NCBI GenBank assembly: GCA_964016885.1
Contig: OZ024745.1
Coordinates: forward strand, 65,596,001-65,660,000
Origin: Eledone cirrhosa
Taxonomy: Eukaryota
Direction: 5' to 3'
Length of the DNA: 64,000 nt
In this document: positions 28,951 to 40,000 of the stretch, piece after piece
Position numbering within the stretch: position 1 is the stretch's first letter
How the letters are laid out: each line of letters starts with the position of its first letter
The notes under the pieces: model-generated
Told to the model about the DNA's origin: nothing
Seen by the model: only the letters and a program-made list of their open reading frames with translations
The model's database searches: none
Program-made: the position numbers and the translations under genes

Positions 28951-31900
28951 TTTATTTGGGGGATCCATTTTTTATTTGGGGGATCCATTTTTTATTTGGG
29001 TGATCCATTTTTTATTTGGGTGATCCATTTCTTATTTGGGGGGTCCATTTTTTATTTGGGTGATCCATTTTTTATTTGTGGGATCCATTTTTTATTTGGG
29101 GGATCCATTTTTTATTTGGGGGATCCATTTTTTATTTGGGTGATCCATTTTTTATTTGGGTAATCCATTTTTTATTTGGGGGATCCATTTTTTATTTGGG
29201 TGATCCATTTTTTATTTGGGTGATCCATTTTTTATTTGGGTGATCCATTTTTTATTTGGGTGATCCATTTTTTATTTGGGGGGATCCATTTTTAATTTGG
29301 GTGATCCATTTTTTATTTGGGGGATCCATTTTTTATTTGGGTGATCCATTTTTTATTTGGGTGATCCATTTTTTATTTGGGTGATCCATTTTTTATTTGG
29401 GGGATCCATTTTTTATTTGGGTGATCCATTTTTTATTTGGGGGATCCATTTTTTATTTGGGTGATCCATTTTTATTAGAGGGATCCATTTTTTATTTGGG
29501 TGATCCATTTTTATTTGGAGATCCATTTTTTATTTAGGTGATCCATTTTATAATTGGGTGATCCATTTTTTATTTGGGGGATCCATTTTATATTTGGGGG
29601 ATCCATATTTATTTGGGTGATCCATTTTTTATTTGGGTGATCCATTTTTTATTTGGGTGATCCATTTTTTATTTGGGTGATCCATTTTTTATTTGGGTGA
29701 TCCATTTTGTATTTGGGGGATCCATTTTTTATTTGGGTGATCCATTTTTGATTTAGGTGATCCATTTTTTATTTGAGGGATCCATTTTATATTTGGGTGA
29801 TCCATTTTTTATTTGTGGGATCCATTTTTTATTTGGGGGATCCATTTTTTATTTGGGTGATCCATTTTTTATTTGGGGGATCCATTTTTTATTTTGGGTG
29901 ATCCATTTTTTATTAGGGGGATCCATTTTTTATTTGGGTTATCCATTTTTATTTGTAGATCCATTTTTTATTTGGGTGATCCATTTTTTAATTGGGTTAT
30001 CCATTTTTTATTTGGGGGATCCATTTTTTATTTGAGGGATCCATTATTTATTTGGGTGATCCATTTTTTATTTGGGTGATCCATTTTTTATTTGGGTGAT
30101 CCATTTTTTATTTGGGTGATCCATTTTTTATTTGAGGCATCCATTTTATAATTGGGTGATCCATTTTTTATTTGGGTGATCCATTTTTTATTTGGGTGAT
30201 CCTTTTTTTATTTGGGGGATCCATTTTTTATTTGGGGGAACCATTTTTTATTTGGGGGATCCATTTTTTATTTGGGTGATCCATTTTTTATTTGGGTGAT
30301 CCATTTTTTATTTGGGGGATCCATTTTTTATTTGGGGGATCCATTTTTTATTTGTGGGATCCATTTTTTATTTGGGGTATCCATTTTTTATTTGGGTGAT
30401 CCATTTTTTATTTGGGGGATCCATTTTTTATTTGGGGGATCCATTTTTTATTTGGGTGATCCATTTTTTATTTGGGTGATCCATTTTTTATTTGGAGGAT
30501 CCATTTTTTATTTGGGTGATCCATTTTTTATTTGTGGGATCCATTTTTTATTTGGGGTATCCATTTTTTATTTGGGGGATCCATTTTTTATTTGGGTGAT
30601 CCATTTTTTATTTGGGTGATCCATTTTTTATTTGGGTGATCCATTTTTTATTTGGGGGATCCATTTTTTATTTGGGGGATCCATTTTTTATTTGTGGGAT
30701 CCATTTTTTATTTGGGGTATCCATTTTTTATTTGGGGGATCCATTTTTTATTTGGGTGATTCATTTTTTATTTGCGGGATCCATTCTTTATTTGGGTGAT
30801 CCATTTTTTATTTGTGGGATCCATTTTTTATTTGGGGGATCCATTTTTTATTTGAGGGATCCATTATTTATTTGGGTGATCCATTTTTTATTTGGGTGAT
30901 CCATTTTTTATTTGGGTGATCCATTTTTTATTTGGGTGATCCATTTTTTATTTGGATGATCCATTTTTTATTTGAGGCATCCATTTTATAATTGGGTGAT
31001 CCATTTTTTATTTGGGTGATCCATTTTTTATTTGGGTGATCCTTTTTTTATTTGGGGGATCCATTTTTTATTTGGGGGAACCATTTTTTATTTGGGGGAT
31101 CCATTTTTTATTTGGGTGATCCATTTTTTATTTGGGTGATCCATTTTTTATTTGGGGGATCCATTTTTTATTTGGGGGATCCATTTTTTATTTGGGGGAT
31201 CCATTTTTTATTTGGGGTATCCATTTTTTATTTGGGTGATCCATTTTTTATTTGGGGGATCCATTTTTTATTTGGGGGATCCATTTTTTATTTGGGTGAT
31301 CCATTTTTTATTTGGGTGATCCATTTTTTATTTGGAGGATCCATTTTTTATTTGGGTGATCCATTATTTATTAGGGGGATCCATTTTTTATTTGGGGGAT
31401 CCATTTTTTATTTGGGTGATTCATTTTTTATTTGCGGGATCCATTCTTTATTTGGGTGATCCATTTTTTATTTGTGGGATCCATTTTTTATTTGGGGGAT
31501 CCATTTTTTATTGGGGGATCCATTTTTTATTTGGGTGATCCATTTTTTATTTGCGTGATCCATTTTTTATTTGGGGGATTCATTTTTTATTTGGGTGATC
31601 CATTTTTTATTTGGGTGATCCATTTTTTATTGGGGGATCCATTTTTTATTTGGGGGATCCATTTTTTATTTGGGTGATCCATTTTTTATTTGGGTGATCC
31701 ATTTTTTAATTGGGGGATCCATTTTTTATTTGGGTGATCCATTTTTTATTTGGGTGATCCATTTTTTATTTGGGGGATCCATTTTTTATTTGGGGGCAGA
31801 ATTTTTATTTGGGTGATCCATTTTCTATTTGGGTGATCCATTTTTTATTTGGGGGATCCATTTTTTATTTGGGGGATCCATTTTTTATTTGGGTGATCCA

Positions 31901-32430
31901 TTCTTTTATGGGGGATCCATTTTTTATTTGGGTGATCCATTTTTTATTTTTGGGATCCATTTTTTATTTGGGGGATCCATTTTTTATTTGGGGGATCCAT
32001 TTTTTATTTGGGTGATCCATTTTTTATTTGGGTGATCCATTTCTTATTTGGGGGGTCCATTTTTTATTTGGGTGATCCATTTTTTATTTGTGGGATCCAT
32101 TTTTTATTTGGGGGATCCATTTTTTATTTGGGGGATCCATTTTTTATTTGGGTGATCCATTTTTTATTTGGGTAATCCATTTTTTATTTGGGGGATCCAT
32201 TTTTTATTTGGGTGATCCATTTTTTATTTGGGTGATCCATTTTTTATTTGGGTGATCCATTTTTTATTTGGGTGATCCATTTTTTATTTGGGGGGATCCA
32301 TTTTTAATTTGGGTGATCCATTTTTTATTTGGGGGATCCATTTTTTATTTGGGTGATCCATTTTTTATTTGGGTGATCCATTTTTATTTGGGTGATCCAT
32401 TTTTTATTTGGGGGATCCATTTTTTATTTG
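26780..32430 (+). repeat. 3,012-bp near-identical tandem duplication in array A (~26780-29400 vs ~29790-32430)
   Basis: Identical ORFs at a constant offset of 3012: 26861/29873, 27200/30212, 27600/30612, 28040/31052, 28320/31332, 28758/31770, 28817/31829. Confidence 0.92.
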
Positions 32431-34040
32431 GGTGATCCATTTTTTATTTGGGTGGTCCATTTTTTATTTGGGTGATCCATTTTTTATTTGGGGGATCCAT
32501 TTTTTATTTGGGTGATCCATTTTTTATTTGGGGATCCATTTTTTATTTGGGTGATCCATTTTTTATTTGGGTGATCCATTTTTTATTTGGGGGATACATT
32601 TTTTATTTGGGTGATCCATTTTTTATTTGGGGGTCCATTTTTTATTTGGGGGATCCATTTTTATTTGGGTGATCCATTTTTTATTTGGGGGATACATTTT
32701 TCATTTGGGTGATCCCTTTTTTCTTTGGGGGACCCATTTTTTATTTGGGTGATCCATTTTTTATTTCGGGGATTCATTTTTTATTTGGGGGATCCATTTT
32801 TTATTTGGGTGATCCATTTTTATTAGAGGGATCCATTTTTTATTTGGGTGATCCATTTTTATTTGGAGATCCATTTTTTATTTAGGTGATCCATTTTATA
32901 ATTGGGTGATCCATTTTTTATTTGGGGGATCCATTTTATATTTGGGGGATCCATATTTATTTGGGTGATCCATTTTTTATTTGGGTGATCCATTTTTTAT
33001 TTGGGTGATCCATTTTTTATTTGGGTGATCCATTTTTTATTTGGGTGATCCATTTTGTATTTGGGGGATCCATTTTTTATTTGGGTGATCCATTTTTGAT
33101 TTAGGTGATCCATTTTTTATTTGAGGGATCCATTTTATATTTGGGTGATCCATTTTTTATTTGGGTGATCCATTTTTTATTTGGGGGATCCATTTTTTAT
33201 TTGGGGGATCCATTTTTTATTTGGGTGATCCATTTTTTATTTGGGTGATCCATTTTTTATTTGGGGGATCCATTTTTTATTTGGGTGATCCATTTTTTAT
33301 TTGGGGGATCCATTTTTTATTTCGGGGATCCATTTTTTATTTGGGTGATTCATTTTTTATTTGGGTGATTCATTTTTTATTTGGGGGATCCATTTTTTAT
33401 TTGGGTGATCCATTTTTTTATTTGGGGGTCCATTTTTTATTTGGGTGATCCATTTTTTATTTGGGTGATCCATTTTTTATTTGGGGGATCCATTTTTTAT
33501 TTGGGTCATCCATTTTTTATTTGGGGGATCCATTTTTTATTTGGGGGATCCATTTTTTATTTTGGGTGATCCATTTTTTATTAGGGGGATCCATTTTTTA
33601 TTTGGGTGATCCATTTTTATTTGTAGATCCATTTTTTATTTGGGTGATCCATTTTTTAATTGGATGATCCATTTTTTATTTGGGGGATCCATTTTTTATT
33701 TGGGGGATCCATTATTTATTTGGGTGATCCATTTTTTATTTGGGTGATCCATTTTTTATTTGGGGGATCCATTTTTTATTTGGGTGATCCATTTTTTATT
33801 TGGGTGATCCATTTTTTAATTGGGGGATGCATTTTTTATTTAGTTGATCCTTTTTTTAATTGGGTGATCCATTTTTTATTTGGGGGATCCATTTTTTATT
33901 TGGGGGATCCATTTTTTATTTGGGGGATCCATTGTTTATTTGGGTGATCCATTTTTTATTTGGGTGATCCATTTTTTATTTGGGGGATCCATTTTTTATT
34001 TGGGTGATCCATTTTTTATTTGGGTGATCCATTTTTTATT

Positions 34041-34060
34041 TGGGTGAATAGGAATTTTAG
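34041..34060. other. Abrupt junction between satellite A and satellite B
   Basis: The sequence reads TGGGTGAATAGGAATTTTAG. The last A unit breaks after GGGTGA(A) at 34047/34048 and perfect TAGGAATTTT units start at 34049, with no spacer. Confidence 0.97.
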
Positions 34061-37000
34061 GAATTTTAGGAATCTTAGGAATTTTATGAACTTTTTGAAT
34101 TTTAGAAATTTTATTAATTTTATGAATTTTTGGAATGTTAGGAATTTTAGGAATTTTATGAATTTTATGAATTTTAGGAATTTTAGGAATTTTAGGAATT
34201 TATGAATTTTAGGAATTTTAGGAATTTTAGGAATTTTAGGAATTTTAGGAATTTTAGGAATCTTAGGAATTTTATGAACTTTTTGAATTTTAGGAATTTT
34301 ATTAATTTTAGAAATTTTATGAATTTTAGGAATTTTTTGGAATTTTCGGAATTTAAGGAATTTTTAGGAATTTTAGGAATTTTAGGAATTTTATGAATGT
34401 TATGAATTTTATGAATTTTATGAATTTTAGGATATTTTTGGAATTTTAGGAATGTTAGGAATTTTAGGAATTTTTGGAATTTTATGAATTTTATGAATTT
34501 TAGAAATGTTATGAATTTTAAGAATTTTAGGAATTTTTGGAATTTTGGGAATTTTAGGAATTTTAGGAATTTTAGGAATTTTAAGAATTTTAGGAATTTT
34601 AGGAATTTTAGGAATTTTAGGAATTTTAAGAATTTTAGGAATTTTCGGAATTTTTTGAATTTTCGGAATTTAATGAATTTTTAGGAATTTTATGAATTTT
34701 ATGAATTTTAGGAATTTTAGGAATTTTATAAATTTTAGGAAATTTATGAATTTTAGGAATTTTATGAATTTTAGGAATTTAGGAATTTTAGGAATTTTAG
34801 GATTTTTAGGAATTTAAGGAATTTTTTGAATTTTAGGAATTTTAGGAATTTTAGGAATTTTTCTGAATTTTAGGAATTTTAGGAATTTTATGAATTTTAT
34901 GAATTTTTTGAATTTTATGAATTTTAGGAATTTTAGGAATATTTTGGAACTTTCGGAATTTTATGAATTTTTAGGAATTTTAGGAATTTTTGGAATTTTA
35001 TGAATTTTTAGGAATTTTATGAATTTTAGTAATTTGATGAATTTTAGGAATTTTATAAATTTTAGGAATTTTAGAAATTTTATGAGTTTTAGGAATTTTA
35101 TGAATTTTATGAATTTTTGGAATTTTAAGAATTTTATGAATTTTAAGAATTTTAGGAATTTTATGAATTTTATGAAATTTAAGAATTTTAGGAATTTTTT
35201 GAATTTTTTGAATTTTAGGAATTTTATGAATTTTAAGAATTTTAGGAATTTTGAGGAATTTTTTTGAATTTTCGGAATTTTATGTATTTTTAGGAATTTT
35301 AGGAATTTTATGAATTTTATGAATTTTCGGAATTTTCGGAATTTTAAGAATTTTAGTAATTTTAGGAATTTTGTGAATTTTCGGAATTTTAGGAATTTAT
35401 AGGAATTTTAGGAATTTTAGGAATTTTATGAATGTTATGAATTTTATGAATTTTATGAATTTTATGAATTTTAGGATATTTATGGATTTTTGGAATTTTA
35501 GGAATGTTAGGAATTTTAGGAATTTTTGGAATTTTATGAATTTTATGAATTTTAGAAATGTTATGAATTTTAAGAATTTTAGGAATTTTAGGAATTTTAT
35601 AAATTTTAGGAATTTTAGGAATTTTATGAATTATATAAATTTTAGGAATTTTAGTAATTTTATGAATTTTTAGGAATTTTATGAATTTTATGAATTTTAA
35701 AATTTTACGAATTTTAGTAATTTTAGGAATTTTATAAATTTTATGAATTTTAGGAATTTTAGGAATTTTAGGAATTTTAGGAATTTTTTGGAATTTTCGG
35801 AATTTAAGGAATTTTTAGGAATTTTAGGAATTTTAGGAATTTTATGAATGTTATGAATTTTATGAATTTTAGAAATTTTAGGATATTTATGGATTTTTGG
35901 AATTTTAGGAATGTTAGGAATTCTAGGAATTTTTGGAATTTTATGAATTTTATGAATTTTAGAAATGTTGTGAATTTTAAGAATTTTAGGAATTTTAGGA
36001 ATTTTAGGAATTTTAAGAATTTTAGGAATTTTAGGAATTTTAGGAATTTTAGGAATTTTAAGAATTTTAGGAATTTTAGGAATTTTTTGAATTTTCGGAA
36101 TTTAATGAATTTTTAGGAATTTTATGAATTTTTTGAATTTTAGGAATTTTAGGAATTTTAGGAATTTTAGGAATTTTAGGAATCTTAGGAATTTTATGAA
36201 CTTTTTGAATTTTACGAATTTTATTAATTTTATGAATTTTATGAATTTTAGGAATTTTAATAATTTATGGAATTTTATGAATTTTAGGATATTTATGGAT
36301 TTTTGGAATTTTAGGAATGTTAGGAATTTTAGGAACTTTTGGAATTTTATGAATTTTATGAATTTTAGAAATGTTATGAATTTTAAGAATTTTAGGAATT
36401 TTTGGAATTTTGGGAATTTTAGGAATTTTAGGAATTTTAGGAATTTTAGGAATTTTAAGAATTTTTTGAATTTTCGGAATTTTATGAATTTTTAGGAATT
36501 TTATGAATTTTAGGAATTTTATAAATTTTAGGAATTTTAGGAATTTTAGGAATTTTAGGAATTTTATGAACTTTTTGGAATTTGAGGAATTTTAGGAATT
36601 TTATGAATTTTAGGAATTTTACGAATTTTAGGAATTTTAGGAATTTTATGAATTTTATGAATTATATAAATTTTAGGAATTTTAGGAATCTTAGGAATTT
36701 TAGGAATTTTATGAATTTTTTTAATTTTAGGAATTTTAGGAATTTTAGGAATTTTTATGTATTTTAGGAATTTTAGGAATTTTATGAATTTTAGGAATTT
36801 CAGGAATTTTAGGAATTTTAGGAATTTTGAGGAATTTTTTTGAATTTTCGGAATTTTATGTATTTTTAGGAATTTTAGGAATTTTATGAATTTTAGGAAT
36901 TTTAGGAATTTTTGGAATTTTATGAATTTTATGAATTTTAAGAATTTTAGGAATTTTGAGGAAATATTTTTGAATTTTCGGAATTTTATGTATTTTTAGG

Positions 37001-40000
37001 AATTTTAGGAATTTTAGGAATTTTAGGAATTTTATAAATATTAGGAATTTTAGGAATATTAAGAATTTTAGGAATTTTAGGAATTTTTTGGAATTTTCGG
37101 AATTTTAGGAATTTTTATGAATTTTAGGAATTTTATAAAGTTTATGAATGTTATGAATTTTATGAATTTTATAAATTTTAGAAATGTTATGAAATTTAGG
37201 AATTTTAGGAATTTTTGGAATTTTTGGAATTTTAGGAATTTTATGAATTTTATGAATTTTGGAATTTTAGGAATTTTAGGAATTTTAGGAATTTTTTGAA
37301 TTTTAGGAATTTTAAGAATTTTAGGAATTTTAGGAATTTTTTGAATTTTCGGAATTTAATGAATTTTTAGGAATTTTATGAATTTTTTGAATTTTAGGAA
37401 TTTTAGGAATTTGAGGAATTTTAGGAATTTTAGGAATCTTAGGAATTTTATGAACTTTTTGAATTTTACGAATTTTATTAATTTTATGAATTTTATGAAT
37501 TTTAGGAATTTTAATAATTTAAGGAATTTTATGAATTTTAGGATATTTATGGATTTTTGGAATTTTAGGAATGTTAGGAATTTTAGGAACTTTTGGAATT
37601 TTATGAATTTTTAGGAATTTTATGAATTTTAGTAATTTGATAAATTTTAAGAATTTTATAAATTTTAGGAATTTTAGAAATTTTATGAGTTCTAGGAATT
37701 TTTGGAATTTTAAGAATTTTATGAATTTTAAGAATTTTAGGAATTTTAATAATTTTAGGAATTTTATGAATTTTATGAAATTTAAGAATTTTAGGAATTT
37801 TTTGAATTTTTTGAATTTTAGGAATTTTATGAATTTTAAGAATTTTAGGAATTTTGAGGAATTTTTTTGAATTTTCGGAATTTTATGTATTTTTAGGAAT
37901 TTTAGGAATTTTATGAATTTAATGAATTTTCGGAATTTTCGGAATTTTAAGAATTTTAGGAATTTTAGGAATTTTGTGAATTTTGTGAATTTTCGGAATT
38001 TATAGGAATTTTAGGAATTTTAGGAATTTTATGAATGTTATGAATTTTATGAATTTTATGAATTTTAGGAATTTTAGGATATTTATGGATTTTTGGAATT
38101 TTAGGAATGTTAGGAATTTTAGGAATTTTTGGAATTTTATGAATTTTATGAATTTTAGGAATTTTAAGAATTTTAGGAATTTTAGGAATTTTATGAATTT
38201 TATGAATTTTAAGAATTTCAGGAATTTTAGGAATTTTAGGAATTTTATTAATTTCATGAACTTTTTGGAATTTGAGGAATTTTAGGAATTTTATGAATTT
38301 TAGGAATTTTACGAATTTTAGGAATTTTAGGAATTTTATGAATTTTATGAATTTTATAAAGTTTATGAATGTTATGAATTTTAGGAATTTTAGGAATTTT
38401 AGTAATTTTAGGGATTTTAGGATTTTTATGAATTTTTGGAATTTTAGGAATGTTAGGAATTTTAGGAATTTTTGGAATTTTATGAATTTTATAAATTTTA
38501 GAAATGTTATGAAATTTAGGAATTTTAGGAATTTTGGGAATTTTAGGAATTTTATAAATATTAGGAATTTAGGAATTTTAGGAATTTTAGGAATTTTAGG
38601 AATTTTAGGAATTTTAGGAATTTTAGGAATTTTTATGTATTTTAGGAATTTTAGGAATTTTATGAATTTTAGGAATTTTAGGAATTTTAGGAATTTTAGG
38701 AATTTTAGGAATTTTTTGAATTTTAGGAATTTTAGGAATTTTAGGAATTTTAGGAATTTTTATGTATTTTAGGAATTTTATAAATATTAGGAATTTTAGG
38801 AATATTAATACTTTTAGGAACTTTAGGAATTTTTTTGAATTTTCGTAATTTTAAGAATTTTTAGGAATTTTAGGAATTTTATGAATTTTATGAATGTTAT
38901 GAATTTTATGAATTTTAGGAATTTTAGGAATTTTAGGAATTTTAGGATATTTATGAATTTTTGGAATTTTAGGAATGTTAGGAATTTTAGGAATTTTTGG
39001 AATTTTATGAATTTTATAAATTTTAGAAATGTTATGAAATTTAAAAATTTTAGGAATTTTTGGAATTTGGGGAATTTTAGGAATTTTATGAATTTTATGA
39101 ATTTTGGAATTTTAGGAATTTTAGGAATTTTAGGAATTTTTGGAATTTTATGAATTTTATGAATTTTAAGAATTTTAGGAATTTTGAGAAATTTTTTGGA
39201 ATTTTAGTAATTTTAGGAATTTTAGGAATTTTTAGGAATTTTAGGAATTTTAGGAATTTTATGAATTTTATGAATTTTATGAATTTTAGGAATTTTAGGA
39301 TTTTTATGAATTTTTGGAATTTTAGGAATTTTAGGAATTTTAGGAATTTTGGGAATTTTATGAATTTTATGAATTTTAAGAATTTTAGGAATTTTGAGAA
39401 ATTTTTTGGAATTTTAGTAATTTTAGGAATTTTAGGAATTTTTAGGAATTTTAGGAATTTTATGAATTTTATGAATTTTATGAATTTTATGAATTTTAGG
39501 AATTTTAGGATTTTTATGAATTTTTTGAATTTTAGGAATTTTAGGAATTTTAGGAATTTTGGGAATTTTATGAATTTTATGAATTTTAGAAATGTTATGA
39601 ATTTTAGGAATTTTAGGAATTTTAGGAATTTTAAGAATTTTAGGAATTTTAGGAATTTTTTTGAATTTTTGGAATTTTATGAATTTTTAGGAATTTCTGA
39701 ATTTTCTGAATTATATAAATTTTAGGAATTTTATGAATTTTATGAAATTCAAGAATTTTAGGAATTTTTTGAATTTTTTGAATTTTAGGAATTTTCGTAA
39801 TTTTTCCGAATTTTCGTAATTTTATGAATTTTTAGGAATTTATGAATTTTAGGAATTTATATACTTTAGGAATTTTAGGAATTTTAGGAATTTAAGGAAT
39901 TTTTTGAATTTTAGGAATTTTAGGAATTTTAGGAATTTCTATGAATTTTAGGAATTTTAGGAATTTGAGGAATTTTAGGAATTTTAGGAATTTTAGGAAT

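Larger units (their letters stand above)
1..34047 (+). repeat. Satellite array A: 20-bp tandem repeat, consensus GATCCATTTTTTATTTGGG(G/T), ~1,700 copies, open at the left window edge
   Basis: Directly visible: the unit recurs every 20 bp (three per 60-bp line) with only substitutions and 1-bp indels in the T and G runs. The two major variants are GGGGGATCC and GGGTGATCC. No unique sequence or inversion was seen. Copy number is length divided by 20. Confidence 0.99.

Noticed and set aside
63-33947. Numerous + strand ORFs encoding GDPFFIW / GGSIFYL / IHFLF repeats that look like hydrophobic peptides
   Set aside because: They are the three reading frames of the 20-bp unit. They mostly start at TTG within the repeat, overlap each other in different frames, and end wherever a GGGTGA variant puts TGA in frame. 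There is no unique sequence or gene context.
1-34047. CRISPR-like array of ~20-bp direct repeats
   Set aside because: The repeats are head-to-tail with no unique spacers, no leader and no cas genes.
1-34047. Dense GATC sites or iteron-like repeats suggesting a bacterial or plasmid replication origin
   Set aside because: Origins carry a few to tens of such sites next to rep or dnaA genes. About 1,700 copies over 34 kb with no genes is satellite DNA.
1-34047. The 20-mer as an active long telomerase repeat (it contains TTATTTGGG)
   Set aside because: It is internal here, with 30 kb of another repeat on the side where a chromosome end would be, and its variants are inherited in kb-scale blocks, which indicates recombination or duplication rather than templated addition.
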